Shown here one piece after another: positions 18,855 to 29,581 of a DNA stretch of 44,313 bases. The notes under the pieces are model-generated. The model was not told the origin of the DNA. It saw only the letters and a program-made list of their open reading frames with translations, and did not search any database. This DNA comes from Gammaproteobacteria bacterium (GTDB taxonomy: Bacteria; Pseudomonadota; Gammaproteobacteria; JAJDYQ01): contig JAJDYQ010000056.1 of the NCBI GenBank assembly GCA_022825085.1, forward strand, positions 1 through 44,313, read 5' to 3'. Both the position numbers and the translations under genes were made by a program. The number at the start of each line of letters is the position of its first letter. Position 1 is the first letter of the stretch.

Positions 18855-19631
18855 ATGAGAATCATCAGCATCAATGTGAACGGTATTCGCGCCGCCGCCC
18901 GCAAGGGCTTTTTCGACTGGCTTGCCGAGCAGGATGCCGATATTGTCTGCATTCAGGAAATCAAGGCGCAGGTCGGGCAGCTTGAAGATTCTTTATTCTG
19001 GCCGCAGGGCTATAACTGCCATTACTGTCAGGCAGAGAAAAAGGGTTACGGTGGCGTTGCCATTTATTGTAAAAAAGCACCCGATGAGGTCATTGTCGGC
19101 TTTGGCGTTGATGAGTTCGACAGCGAAGGACGTTATGTCGAAGCCCGCTACAGAGGATTGTCTGTGGTATCCCTGTATGCACCCTCCGGTTCTTCCGGGC
19201 CGGAACGTCAGGCATCAAAAGACCGTTTCCTTGATACATTTCCCTCCCGGCTCGCCAGACTCAGGCAGGAGCAGACAAACGCCATCATCTGCGGTGACTG
19301 GAACATTGCTCATAATGAAATTGACTTGAAAAACTGGAAGGGCAATCGGAAAAATTCGGGCTTCCTGCCCCATGAACGTGCCTGGATGGACAAACTGTTC
19401 AGCGACGAATTCGGTTATGTCGATGCCTATCGCGTGATTGAGCCTGAGACCGAGCAATATACCTGGTGGTCCAATCGTGGCCAGGCTCGTGAAAATAATG
19501 TCGGATGGCGCATTGATTATCAGGTCATCACTCCCGGTCTGGCAGACAAGGTGCAAACTGCCCGGGTTTATACCGGCCAGTGGTTTTCAGACCATGCACC
19601 GCTTACGATCGATTACGACTATTCCCTGTAA
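18855..19631 (+). CDS. xth: Exodeoxyribonuclease III / Crc-like AP endonuclease
   Basis: SINVNGIRAA, QEIKA, GDWNIAH, GWRIDY, SDHAP; divergent from pyrE as usual. Confidence 0.95.
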   Translation: MRIISINVNGIRAAARKGFFDWLAEQDADIVCIQEIKAQVGQLEDSLFWPQGYNCHYCQAEKKGYGGVAIYCKKAPDEVIVGFGVDEFDSEGRYVEARYRGLSVVSLYAPSGSSGPERQASKDRFLDTFPSRLARLRQEQTNAIICGDWNIAHNEIDLKNWKGNRKNSGFLPHERAWMDKLFSDEFGYVDAYRVIEPETEQYTWWSNRGQARENNVGWRIDYQVITPGLADKVQTARVYTGQWFSDHAPLTIDYDYSL

Positions 19632-19634
19632 ACC

Positions 19635-20990
19635 ATGACATCATCCACACTACATAGCTGGAAAGAGTCCTTTCAGGTTTATAAAAAGCCACAGGTCCTG
19701 GCCATGTTGTTTCTGGGATTCTCAGCCGGGCTGCCACTGTTACTGGTTTTCGGAACATTATCGGCATGGCTTAACAGCGAAGGCGTAGATAAGACCACTA
19801 TCGGCTTTGTCAGCTGGGTGGCGCTGGCCTACGGTTTCAAGTTTGTCTGGTCACCTCTGGTTGACAGGCTGCCGATTCCGGTGCTGTCTTCATTACTGGG
19901 GCAAAGACGAAGCTGGATGCTGCTGGCACAGATCGGAATCATTACCGGCCTGATCGCAATGTCGGCATCTGATCCACAGGCGAGTCTGGTCGCCATCATC
20001 ACTTTTGCCGTGCTGACCGCGTTTTCATCAGCCACTCAGGATATCGCCATTGATGCCTGGCGTATCGAGGCAGTATCAGATGATTTTCAAGGTGCAATGG
20101 CCGGCACCTATCAGCTTGGCTACCGTCTGGGAATGATTATCGCCGGCAGCATGGCCTTTATCATTGCCGATTACACCTCCTGGTCTGTTGCCTACCTGTC
20201 CATGGCAGCCTTTATGCTGGTCGGCGTCATCAGCACTTTCATCATCAGCGAGCCCGACCATACACCTGGCAATGAAGAATGGAAAACCGAAGAGCGTGTT
20301 CTTGTACTTCTTGAACATAACGTACATTTACCAGCAAAAATCCGTCAGATTCAGGCATGGTTCATCGGTGCCGTGATCTGTCCATTCGCCGACTTCTTTG
20401 CCCGCAATGGCTGGAAGGCATTATTAATTCTGGGCTTCATCGCTATTTTTCGCATGAGCGACATCACCCTGGGGGTCATGGCCTTTCCCTTTTATCAGGA
20501 TATGGGCTACAGTGACTCGGAAATTGGCATCGTCAGCGGACTGGTCGGCAAGTTTATTACGATTACAGGTGCCCTGATCGGTGGCGTACTGGTAGTACGC
20601 TATGGGATCATGCACATGTTGCTGGCTGGTGCCATTGTCGTAATTGCCACCAATCTGTTATTTGCATGGCTGGCCGGACAGCAACCACTGGTCATCTGGC
20701 TGGTTCTGGTCGTAGGGGCAGATAACCTTGCCGGCGGGCTGGCCGGCACCGTGTTTATCGCCTATCTGTCCAGCCTGACCAACCGTGCCTACACGGCCAC
20801 TCAATACGCACTGTTCAGTTCAGTGATGTTGCTTCTGCCAAAATTCATAGGCGGCTTTTCCGGCATGGTCGTTGATGCAACCAGCTACCCGGTGTTTTTT
20901 CTATATGCGGCAACCCTGGGAATACCTTCTGTACTGCTGATTCTGTTGATCATGAAACAGGAATTCCGTCATGCTAATGCAAAACCCTAG
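19635..20990 (+). CDS. ampG: Muropeptide MFS permease AmpG
   Basis: LGFSAGLP, KF.WSPLVD, SATQDIA.DAWRIE, TATQYALFSS. Confidence 0.95.
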   Translation: MTSSTLHSWKESFQVYKKPQVLAMLFLGFSAGLPLLLVFGTLSAWLNSEGVDKTTIGFVSWVALAYGFKFVWSPLVDRLPIPVLSSLLGQRRSWMLLAQIGIITGLIAMSASDPQASLVAIITFAVLTAFSSATQDIAIDAWRIEAVSDDFQGAMAGTYQLGYRLGMIIAGSMAFIIADYTSWSVAYLSMAAFMLVGVISTFIISEPDHTPGNEEWKTEERVLVLLEHNVHLPAKIRQIQAWFIGAVICPFADFFARNGWKALLILGFIAIFRMSDITLGVMAFPFYQDMGYSDSEIGIVSGLVGKFITITGALIGGVLVVRYGIMHMLLAGAIVVIATNLLFAWLAGQQPLVIWLVLVVGADNLAGGLAGTVFIAYLSSLTNRAYTATQYALFSSVMLLLPKFIGGFSGMVVDATSYPVFFLYAATLGIPSVLLILLIMKQEFRHANAKP

Positions 20991-21405
20991 GACTGGATTC
21001 AATATCCGGCAACTCCCACTCTTGCAGGATATTCGACGGTATCGACGCATGATGCAGGATCATTTTCCAACCACCTTCGGTAAGTTTATAGGCATTTGTA
21101 GTGACGATGTCTATCAGTTTATCCGGGTCGGATTGCGGCAGTAGCTGCTCATGCAGGATATGTACCGCAAGCTTGCCTGATATTTGTCGATCAATGTCCC
21201 TTGGATTGAACCGAAGCGAGGATTCTTTACCAAAGATATGCTGCCAGCCAGCCATCACTTCCTGTCGCCCCTGCAGGCGGGTTCCCATTGGATGGATACA
21301 GATAACATGTTCCGAGTCCAACCACACATCCACCATGATGCCCATATCCTTATCTTCAATCGCCGTGTAAAATGCAGTTTCTGCATCTGCTGGTGTTAAA
21401 AACAT
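20974..21405 (-). CDS. SnoaL/NTF2-like protein
   Basis: AETAFY.AIE..D, CIHP.G..L.G...V...W, TN.Y.....GWKMILHHAS. Start at 21405 or 21426. Confidence 0.8.
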   Translation of the reverse strand: MFLTPADAETAFYTAIEDKDMGIMVDVWLDSEHVICIHPMGTRLQGRQEVMAGWQHIFGKESSLRFNPRDIDRQISGKLAVHILHEQLLPQSDPDKLIDIVTTNAYKLTEGGWKMILHHASIPSNILQEWELPDIESSPRVLH

Positions 21406-21438
21406 TTTTGCATCGCCTGTTTTCAAGTCATTTCATTA

Positions 21439-21822
21439 ATGGAAACCATATATAATATCGAACTCTGTGATCTAAATGAACTGGAGGAAAATACTGCACT
21501 TGGGTTTGCGGCTGATGTCACAAAAACCGATGTCGATATCTTTATCGTCAAAAAAAACAATTTTGTTTATGGTTATATAAATAGCTGTCCGCATACCGGT
21601 GCTCCACTTGAATGGATGCCGAACCAGTTTCTGAGCCTCGACACCAAATCCATACAATGCTCTCTGCATGGAGCCCGCTTTTCTATCAGCGAAGGAAAAT
21701 GCCTGTATGGCCCCTGCAATGGTCAAAGCCTGACGACAGTCAGGCTACTCATAAAAGACAATAAAATTTACTGGGAAAAGAAAGCCAGCGAAAATTCCGA
21801 ACCTCTTACAGAGACGACATAG
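21439..21822 (+). CDS. Rieske [2Fe-2S] ferredoxin-like protein
   Basis: CPH...CSLHGARF...GPC Rieske ligands. Confidence 0.88.
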   Translation: METIYNIELCDLNELEENTALGFAADVTKTDVDIFIVKKNNFVYGYINSCPHTGAPLEWMPNQFLSLDTKSIQCSLHGARFSISEGKCLYGPCNGQSLTTVRLLIKDNKIYWEKKASENSEPLTETT

Positions 21823-21851
21823 CCACACTGCCCTGCATAGGTTATTCGGCT

Positions 21852-22823
21852 TTATTCCGGCTTGATTTTATAGACATTTTTGCGCAACTGCGTGCCCGAC
21901 GAAGACAGGTCAGTAAAGTGCAGGGTTTTATCCGGGTAATACTCAATAATGAGGTGCTGCCTGGAGATGTCATCAAACCCGGAATCCAGTACAATAGAAC
22001 ACTTCGAGCTGCGACCTATTAGATTTTCACCAGACTTAAGACTGTATCTGTCACCCTTTCGGCTGATTAAAAGAGGCTCTGATCCACTATTATCAACAAT
22101 GAATGCGTGGCTGGCAATTTTTACAGGCAGCCGGGAGATTTTGCCAACATCTACGATGACCGTCTGACCTCTTGGAATCCTGGTAAATTCAGCAGGTATG
22201 GCGTGTTCATCCACATGGCTGGTTTTCATGGCCTGAACCCGAATGCTTTCCTCGATGTCCGCCGTATCAGAGTAATCGACCGAAGCACCTGTTACTACAG
22301 TTTCTATCGTATCCAGGCTTTCTTTATCTGGTGCCTGCATTCTGGCACGACTATCGCGATCCTTGATAATGCCATTTACGATATTAATGCGCGACTGAAG
22401 ATATGCCAGATAAGCGGCGACAGCTTCCAGTTTAAACTCACTGAAATCTGTTGAATGCTTGCTGAGCTCAAACATAATCTGGCGCCAATCATAATCCTGG
22501 GTAAAGCGCACCATAGTGGCATCATTAAGATAGCTGTCTATACTGCCTGGATCCCGGACGGTCGCTGCCAGCCTCTCGTTGATTTTATGCTCAGCCTCAG
22601 CCAGTTGCTTTGCCTCCTCGACAAGATAACGATCCGCTTTTTCCAGCATCTTCTGCATCTTGGATGCTGGAATTTCAGTTCTGGCAGCAAGGAACTTCCT
22701 GAACTCGTCTGTAGTTTCGAACTCGAAAGTCTGGCTTTCTATCGTGATTTTAAGGCTGCTGACCCCAAAAAAACGGTTCAAAATTCCAAGTTGCCGATGC
22801 CTGCCTGGAGGTTTATCGCTCAT
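21852..22823 (-). CDS. FHA-domain protein with an unknown N-terminal helical region
   Basis: C-terminal IGRS..C......ISRQHL....DLSSSGT FHA motifs. Start probably MSDKPP at 22823. Confidence 0.75.
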   Translation of the reverse strand: MSDKPPGRHRQLGILNRFFGVSSLKITIESQTFEFETTDEFRKFLAARTEIPASKMQKMLEKADRYLVEEAKQLAEAEHKINERLAATVRDPGSIDSYLNDATMVRFTQDYDWRQIMFELSKHSTDFSEFKLEAVAAYLAYLQSRINIVNGIIKDRDSRARMQAPDKESLDTIETVVTGASVDYSDTADIEESIRVQAMKTSHVDEHAIPAEFTRIPRGQTVIVDVGKISRLPVKIASHAFIVDNSGSEPLLISRKGDRYSLKSGENLIGRSSKCSIVLDSGFDDISRQHLIIEYYPDKTLHFTDLSSSGTQLRKNVYKIKPE

Positions 22824-22928
22824 TGATAATACATTGCCTTGATCATGCTGTTTATACCAAAGTCCAAGTGACTCTGCCGGACCATTTATACCGCCTTGAT
22901 ACACCGCTGGCAATCAGCAGATCAAAAG

Positions 22929-24212
22929 TTACTGTAAAATATCCTGTCTTTCATTGTGCCCCATGACATTTAATCTAACTGTTTTAACACTGTTATGCTG
23001 GGTTTGCAAAATTTCCACAGGACTACCATAGAGCCAAAGACTGGTTCCAGGCTGTGGAATATCCTGCATATGCTCCAGTATCAGTCCATTCAATGTCTTG
23101 GGTCCGTCAGTCGGCAGCTCCCACTGTAACGCACGCTTAAGCTCACGCACAGTGATGGCAGCGTTAATGAGATAACTTCCGTCTTTCTGCGGAAAAACAT
23201 CCTGATGGATAGCTGAGGGATCGGTTGTGAACTCGCCGACAATTTCTTCCAGGATATCCTCTAGTGCGACCAGACCCTGAATATCACCGTATTCATTAAC
23301 GGCAAGCGCAATACGCCGCCCTTCCTTCTGGAAATTCAGTAGCTGTTTATTAAGCGGCGTCGTTTCCGGAATAAAATACGGCGAACGTAAATCATCCAGT
23401 AAAATTTCCTCCGTCAGACTACCGTGCTGGATATATTTCAATAACCGCTTGAGATGTGTAAAGCCGATAATCTGGTCAATATTGTCGCGAAAAATCGGGA
23501 TGCGCGTGTGCTGAGAATGGCTCAACTGCTCCACGATATCAGGCCAGTCATCGTCCAGATCAATGCCGACTATTTCATTTTTCGGGATCATGATATCCTC
23601 GACTGTGACCGTTTCAAGATCCAGAATGCTCAACAGCATTTCCTGATGGGCATCAGGCACCAGACTACCGGCCTCCTGCACCACGGTCCGCAGTTCCTCC
23701 TGACTCAATGCCTCATTCCTGCCGTCTCCAGGAGAAACTCCGACAGATTTCAACAGGCCATTGGTGACGAAATTGATGCCGATAACAAAGACAGAAGTAA
23801 GCTTAAGCAACGCAGAGAGGATATAAGAGGCCGGGAAGGCAACCCGTTCGGGATACAAGGCCGCAAGTGTTTTCGGTGTCACCTCGGCGAATATGATAAT
23901 GACAAACGTCAGAACAACACCGGATATAAATATCCCCGGCTCCCCGTAAAGGCGATAGCCGATGATCGTGGCCAGTGATGCGGCAATAATATTGACCGCA
24001 TTATTACCAAGCAAAATAACACCAATCAACCGGTCAGGACGTTTCAGTAAATGATCGGCCAGCATGGCCCCTTTATGGCCCCGCTCGACAAGATGCTTCA
24101 GCCGATACCGGTTCAACGCCATGAGAGCGGTTTCAGAGCTGGAGAAAAAGCCCGACATAACAATCAGGCCAACAAGAATAACCAGCAGGCTGGCTATTGA
24201 AATATCGTCCAA
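22929..24212 (-). CDS. HlyC/CorC (CNNM + CBS + CorC_HlyC) transporter-associated protein
   Basis: FFSSSETA, EVTPKTLA, CBS pair (HTRIP..., NEYG.IQGLV.LEDILEEIVGEF); YfjD-like position after ypjD. Confidence 0.93.
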   Translation of the reverse strand: MDDISIASLLVILVGLIVMSGFFSSSETALMALNRYRLKHLVERGHKGAMLADHLLKRPDRLIGVILLGNNAVNIIAASLATIIGYRLYGEPGIFISGVVLTFVIIIFAEVTPKTLAALYPERVAFPASYILSALLKLTSVFVIGINFVTNGLLKSVGVSPGDGRNEALSQEELRTVVQEAGSLVPDAHQEMLLSILDLETVTVEDIMIPKNEIVGIDLDDDWPDIVEQLSHSQHTRIPIFRDNIDQIIGFTHLKRLLKYIQHGSLTEEILLDDLRSPYFIPETTPLNKQLLNFQKEGRRIALAVNEYGDIQGLVALEDILEEIVGEFTTDPSAIHQDVFPQKDGSYLINAAITVRELKRALQWELPTDGPKTLNGLILEHMQDIPQPGTSLWLYGSPVEILQTQHNSVKTVRLNVMGHNERQDILQ

Positions 24213-24284
24213 TGGGGCCGATGACCTCAGTATTAAGGGACCGCTATTCGAGCATCAACCGGCTGCGAAGTCAAGAACCAGCGA

Positions 24285-25097
24285 TCAACGGTTAAGGATT
24301 ATTTCCAAAACAAATTTGGTGACCGGATAGGCAAGACCGAGCACCACAAAGCCACTTAAAGTCCAAACCATGGCCTTTCTCCCTCGCCACCCTGATTGCC
24401 AGTGTCCCCACAGAAGGATAGCAAAAACCAGCCAGGCGACAATCGAAAGCACTGTTTTATGTGCCAGATGCTGGGCAAACATATCAGTAATATAGATCGC
24501 ACCCGTCAACAGCGAAAAGTTTAAAATGACGAAACCCAGCAGGATTATTTGAAAAAGCAGGGCTTCCATAGTCTGTAGCGGTGGCAATGCCCGCACATAG
24601 CCACCGGCCCGATGTCTCCGCAGTGACCTGTCCAGTACAGCGATCAGAATAACCTGTACCGCCGCAAGGGCAAACAGGCTGTATGCCAGTATAGAGGAAA
24701 GCACATGAACCTTCATCGGCCATCCACCCTGCAGTTCCGCCACCTCATTCGATGGAAATAACACCATCAGCAACAGAGTAATGGCCGCTCCCGGAAACAT
24801 GACGATACCAAGACTCAATACCGGCCCAAGGAATGTGCCGGCAATTAACAGGGCAGCAATCATCCAGCCCAGCAGAGACAGGGCATTAAAGAAGCCCAGA
24901 CTCAGGCCACTCTCGGCGACAACCCCCTGATAAAGATAAATGGCATGCAAAATGACCGCAATGGCACCAATACCCAGAGAAATGCCAGAATCATCCAGCG
25001 TCACCGCAGAGCCCCTGGACAAATCCATACCTAAACGGGCGGCCGACAAGACATATAAAAGCATGGCAGAAGCTGCTGTGATGATCAGTATGTCCAT
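24285..25097 (-). CDS. ypjD: Cytochrome c assembly (CcsA-like) inner membrane protein YpjD
   Basis: LPPLQTME.LLF, HKTVLS..AWL.F..LLWG....GWRG motifs; ypjD-yfjD synteny. Start uncertain (25097-25139). Confidence 0.88.
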   Translation of the reverse strand: MDILIITAASAMLLYVLSAARLGMDLSRGSAVTLDDSGISLGIGAIAVILHAIYLYQGVVAESGLSLGFFNALSLLGWMIAALLIAGTFLGPVLSLGIVMFPGAAITLLLMVLFPSNEVAELQGGWPMKVHVLSSILAYSLFALAAVQVILIAVLDRSLRRHRAGGYVRALPPLQTMEALLFQIILLGFVILNFSLLTGAIYITDMFAQHLAHKTVLSIVAWLVFAILLWGHWQSGWRGRKAMVWTLSGFVVLGLAYPVTKFVLEIILNR

Positions 25098-25322
25098 AAG
25101 CAACAACAATATCATTGCGTAGAGGCTTTCGGCAATCACGCTCGTGCAATAACCTGAGCGCTATCCGGCAACCTGAAAAATATCACACGATCTTCCATAT
25201 CAGGATCCGAGATCGATTTTTTCAGTCCCATCCAGAACAAACTCGTCTGGTTTTTCTATCAACGCATATCCACTGATGTCAGGCTGGCTCCGCACCATAA
25301 CACACTATAGACAGCCACTCCA

Positions 25323-26498
25323 TCACTCACCCTCAACACCATGCACCGGTTTCATATTATGCCAGCTCTTACACCCTGGACATTGCCAGTGCAGTGATCG
25401 CCCCTTGAATCCACAGCGCACGCAGCTATATATGGGCTTGTCTTCCAGAATTTTGCGAGTCAATTCTCGCAGCATCATCAGGTTTTCCTTTGCGCTTTCT
25501 TCGCAGTATGCCAGGTGGACATCAATCAATCTGTCAAGCCCGCGAACGGTCGGTCGGCGCCTCAGTTGCTGAGTAATATAGCTTTCAGCAACCTCGTCCC
25601 CGTCTCTTGCCTGAATCAGCGAAGCCTGCGCCAGCATCGGTGAAAGCCCTCTGGATTTGCGTACAAGCTCATCCAGATGAGGCATAACATCATAGGGTTT
25701 GCCCAGCTTTGCATAGCAGGATAGCAGGTCATCTATCACCTCAGGGACATACTCCACATCCTGATCTTCTACTTTTTTATAGGCTGCGATGGCCTTCTCA
25801 TAATCACCTGCCTGCTGATAGATGTGGCCCGACAGCAAACTGGCTCTGACACAATTCGGATCGGTTAATAATGCTCTTTCCAGATAGCGCATGACGGCAC
25901 TGGTATCACCTCGTTCACTGGTCTGTTCTGCCAGTTCGCAAAAATACTGTGCCATGACACTGTCATAATTTTCGCCCGACTGCCCGGAAAGCTCACGGGT
26001 GGCCTCAATCGCGCTTATCCAGTCCTTCTCCTGCTCATAAATATCAATGAGGTATCTGAGGGCGCGTGGATGACTGCCATGGTGCCGAACTATCTGCTTG
26101 AACAGATCTTCAGCGCGGTCCAACAATCCTGCTCGCATATAGTCTTCTGCCAGAGCTAATAAAGCCTGTGTTCGGTGTTCTTCGGATAGAGCCTCTCTGG
26201 CAATCAGGCTTTGATGGATGCGTATGGCTCGATCCACTTCACCACGCTTGCGAAACAGGTTACCGAGCGCAAAGTGGGTTTCCACGGTGTCTTTATCGAC
26301 CTCAGCCATATGAAGAAAAACTTCGATTGCCTTGTCTTCCTGCTCATTCAGAAGATAATTCAGCCCCTTAAAATAATCACTGTTAAAGCGATTCATTGTA
26401 GAGTCTGGAGGACGCTGACCGCTACGCCATGCAGCAAACCATCCGGATGCGGCGGCAATCGGAAGTAACAGCAGAAAAGTAGAATTCAGATCAGCCAT
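25323..26498 (-). CDS. lapB: Lipopolysaccharide assembly protein LapB
   Basis: N-terminal TM (LLLPIAAASGW); TPRs (ETHFALGNLFR.RGEVDRAIRIHQ); C-terminal rubredoxin CxxC...WQCPGC. Confidence 0.96.
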   Translation of the reverse strand: MADLNSTFLLLLPIAAASGWFAAWRSGQRPPDSTMNRFNSDYFKGLNYLLNEQEDKAIEVFLHMAEVDKDTVETHFALGNLFRKRGEVDRAIRIHQSLIAREALSEEHRTQALLALAEDYMRAGLLDRAEDLFKQIVRHHGSHPRALRYLIDIYEQEKDWISAIEATRELSGQSGENYDSVMAQYFCELAEQTSERGDTSAVMRYLERALLTDPNCVRASLLSGHIYQQAGDYEKAIAAYKKVEDQDVEYVPEVIDDLLSCYAKLGKPYDVMPHLDELVRKSRGLSPMLAQASLIQARDGDEVAESYITQQLRRRPTVRGLDRLIDVHLAYCEESAKENLMMLRELTRKILEDKPIYSCVRCGFKGRSLHWQCPGCKSWHNMKPVHGVEGE

Positions 26499-26580
26499 GC
26501 GGAAGCTGTGGCATCATCAGGACAATCCACATTGTTAGTAATCTTGGCGGAATGGCAAATAAGTTTACGGACACCTGCGA

Positions 26581-26901
26581 TTAATCATCCTGCCCGACCT
26601 TTCGCTGTGACACATTTTGCATACTGGCATCCACTCTTTCTTTTAATTCCTTGCCCGGCTTAAAGTGCGGAACATGTTTGGCGGGTAACGCAACGGATTT
26701 ACCTGTTTTCGGATTTCTGCCCATACGCGCAGGGCGATGATGCAGGGAAAAACTACCGAACCCCCGGATTTCAATACGCTCACCATTGGATAATGACTGG
26801 CTCATAAGCTCCATGAGATACTTTACGGACAGTTCAATGTCACGATAAGCCAGATGATTAAGCTTATTTGATAATGTCTCGATTAATTTTGATTTAGTCA
26901 A
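26581..26901 (-). CDS. ihfB: Integration host factor beta subunit
   Basis: [24 protein letters not shown]...PHFKPGKEL; follows rpsA; TTG start. Confidence 0.96.
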   Translation of the reverse strand: MTKSKLIETLSNKLNHLAYRDIELSVKYLMELMSQSLSNGERIEIRGFGSFSLHHRPARMGRNPKTGKSVALPAKHVPHFKPGKELKERVDASMQNVSQRKVGQDD

Positions 26902-26955
26902 ACCAGCCTCTCCCCGGACCCGGGTCGTATCATAACCCAGGCAAGCCCATAAACG

Positions 26956-26989
26956 AACAGGTTATCTGAAAAAAATCAGGTAACCTGTT
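26956..26989 (-). terminator. Stem-loop just downstream of rpsA
   Basis: AACAGGTTATCTGA-A6-TCAGGTAACCTGTT: 14-bp stem with one mismatch between rpsA and ihfB. Confidence 0.5.
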
Positions 26990-27003
26990 GTACGGTAATT
27001 GTT

Positions 27004-28683
27004 TTATTCCTTGCCACCTCCTATCTGCTCCTTCAGCAAGTCACCCAGACTGGCCGTACCGGTACTGGCAGGAGCCGAAGCATATTCCTGAACTGCCGCA
27101 CTTTCCTCATCTTCTTCCATTTCTTTAATCGACAGTGAAATCACCCGATTCTTGCGATCAACCCCTGTGAACTTTGCCTTAATCTCGTCATCAACGGCCA
27201 GAAAGGCGTGTATATCATCCACATGAGTACGGGAAATTTCGGAAATGCGTATCTGCCCTTCGACACCATCACCCAGATCAATGGTCGCCGCCTTGGCATC
27301 TATTTCCCTGACCCTGCCCATAACGACACTGCCCTTGGGATTGAGCGCCAGATAATTGGAGAAAGGATCCTGATTTAGCTGCTTGATGCTCAACGAAATA
27401 CGCTCACGCTCAGAATCAACCGCGATAACAACCGCTTCGATCTCCTGACCTCTCTTGTAATTACGAACGGCTTCTTCACCCGGGATATTCCAGGAAATAT
27501 CCGAGAGATGCACCAGACCATCAATTCCTCCCGGCAGGCCAATAAAGATACCGAAGTCGGTAATTGACTTGATCTGACCGGAAACCTTATCACCTTTTTT
27601 CCGTGTTGCCGCGAACTCATCCCATGGATTGGGCCTGCACTGCTTCATACCGAGAGAGATACGGCGACGTTCTTCATCGATATCCAGTACCGAAACTTCA
27701 ACCTCTTCACCAATGGTAACCACCTTGGCAGGGTTAACGTTTTTGTTCGTCCAGTCCATTTCAGAAACATGGACCAGACCTTCAACCCCCTCTTCAATTT
27801 CAACAAAGCAACCGTAGTCAGCGATGTTGGTAACATTACCGAAAATGCGCCTCCCTTCCGGATAGCGGCGTGCCAGATCAGCCCAGGGATCATCACCCAT
27901 TTGTTTCAGACCGAGAGATATCCGGCTCTTATCCTTATCGAGCTTGAGGACCTTGACCTCGACCTCCTGCCCCACTTCAATTATTTCAGAGGGATGTTTA
28001 ACGCGCCGCCAGGCCATATCGGTAATATGCAGCAAACCATCAACGCCACCGAGGTCAACGAACGCACCATAGTCAATCAGGTTTTTGACGACACCGGTCA
28101 GTATCTTGCCCTCTTCGATGCTGGATAATAACTGCTCACGTTCTTCACTGTACTCGGACTCGACAACGGCACGGCGTGAAACCACCACATTATTGCGTTT
28201 TTGATCCAGCTTGATCAGTTTGAACTCAAGCTCTTTACCTTCCAGATAGGAGGGGTCACGGACCGGGCGCACATCAACCAGAGAAGCCGGCAGGAATGCC
28301 CGGATTTCTGTCAACTCTACTGTAAAGCCGCCTTTCACCTTGCCCGTAATGGTGCCTTTAACAATCTCACCGGCCTCCATAAGCTTTTCCAGCTTTTCCC
28401 AGGTGCGAGCACGCTTTGCCTTTTCGCGGGACAGCCGGGTCTCACCACTACCATCTTCAAACGCCTCCACAATAACTTCCACTTCATCCCCTGCCTGAAC
28501 TTCCACCTCGCCGTCTGCACCTTTGAACTGCTCCAGCGGGATAACGCCTTCGGATTTCAGATCTGCATCAACCACAACCATATCCGGACCCACTTCCACT
28601 ACATGGCCCGTAATAAGCATACCCGGACGCATATCCAGCTTCTTTTCGCTTTGTGCAAATAGTTCAGCAAAACTTTCATTCAT
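27004..28683 (-). CDS. rpsA: 30S ribosomal protein S1
   Basis: Six S1 repeats ([31 protein letters not shown]); start MNESFAELF at 28683. Confidence 0.98.
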   Translation of the reverse strand: MNESFAELFAQSEKKLDMRPGMLITGHVVEVGPDMVVVDADLKSEGVIPLEQFKGADGEVEVQAGDEVEVIVEAFEDGSGETRLSREKAKRARTWEKLEKLMEAGEIVKGTITGKVKGGFTVELTEIRAFLPASLVDVRPVRDPSYLEGKELEFKLIKLDQKRNNVVVSRRAVVESEYSEEREQLLSSIEEGKILTGVVKNLIDYGAFVDLGGVDGLLHITDMAWRRVKHPSEIIEVGQEVEVKVLKLDKDKSRISLGLKQMGDDPWADLARRYPEGRRIFGNVTNIADYGCFVEIEEGVEGLVHVSEMDWTNKNVNPAKVVTIGEEVEVSVLDIDEERRRISLGMKQCRPNPWDEFAATRKKGDKVSGQIKSITDFGIFIGLPGGIDGLVHLSDISWNIPGEEAVRNYKRGQEIEAVVIAVDSERERISLSIKQLNQDPFSNYLALNPKGSVVMGRVREIDAKAATIDLGDGVEGQIRISEISRTHVDDIHAFLAVDDEIKAKFTGVDRKNRVISLSIKEMEEDEESAAVQEYASAPASTGTASLGDLLKEQIGGGKE

Positions 28684-28876
28684 TTTAATATCATTCCTGA
28701 CCCACTCGGGTCGATTACATGACATTTCATCAGCCTGCCTGTCATGGTCAAATTAATAATGACTGCTGCTATCCTGGCAAGAATAGATAACAGCCGCCGC
28801 GTTAAGGAAAGCTCCCGTCAAACCAGGGCTTCCCGCGATACGGAAATGTACCGCTGATTCATAAAATTACTCCGGG

Positions 28877-29548
28877 CTACACCCGCCCCTGCAGATATTC
28901 CTTTGTCTTCTGCAACACCTGCTCAATGCTTAATCTGGACGAATCCAGCAGACAGGCATCCGCCGCAGGCCTCAAAGGAGAAGCAACTCGTCTGGTATCG
29001 CGTTCGTCCCTCTGCCTGATGTCCTGCAAAAGACCCTGAAAGCTAACATAAAATCCGCTTTTTTTCAACTGCTTATAGCGTCTCTTTGCCCGCTCCTCAA
29101 CGCTTGCGGTCAAAAAAATCTTTACCGGGGCATCCGGGAACACGATGGTGCCCATATCTCTCCCGTCAGCCACCAGACCCGGAGACCTTGCAAAATCACG
29201 CTGACGCTTTAGCAAGGCTCTCCGGATACCATTCATTGCCGCCACTTTAGATGCTGCGCTGCCTGTAGTCTCTGTGCGAATATGAACCTCAACACTTTTT
29301 CCATCAAGCAGGGCATGTACATCACCCTCTATTGCACCAAAACTGACAGGCAGATTTTCTGCCAGCTCAATCAGACTGCTCGATTCGGCGTTAATGGATA
29401 TGCCCCGTTGAACCGCAGCATAGGCCAAAACCCGGTATAACGCACCACTATCCAGCAAATGCCAGCCAAGACTGCTGGCAAGCAACCGGGCGATTGTACC
29501 TTTGCCCGAACCACTGGGGCCGTCAATGGCAACAACAGGTACCGTCAT
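28877..29548 (-). CDS. cmk: Cytidylate kinase
   Basis: AIDGPSGSGKGT, LDSGALYR, DGRDMGT.VFP. Confidence 0.97.
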   Translation of the reverse strand: MTVPVVAIDGPSGSGKGTIARLLASSLGWHLLDSGALYRVLAYAAVQRGISINAESSSLIELAENLPVSFGAIEGDVHALLDGKSVEVHIRTETTGSAASKVAAMNGIRRALLKRQRDFARSPGLVADGRDMGTIVFPDAPVKIFLTASVEERAKRRYKQLKKSGFYVSFQGLLQDIRQRDERDTRRVASPLRPAADACLLDSSRLSIEQVLQKTKEYLQGRV

Positions 29549-29581
29549 AAGGTCATCCGATATTGATGAATAAAAGCTGCT

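Noticed and set aside
25201-25300. 32-aa minus-strand mini-ORF (MVRSQPDISGYALIEKPDEF…) as a pyrF remnant
   Set aside because: No PyrF motif (IVALD, DLKxHDIPNT, TPGIR) in any frame.
28684-28876. rpsA autoregulatory leader
   Set aside because: Hairpins are present (e.g. GACCC-ACTC-GGGTC) and such a leader is expected here, but I cannot match the structure reliably by eye.
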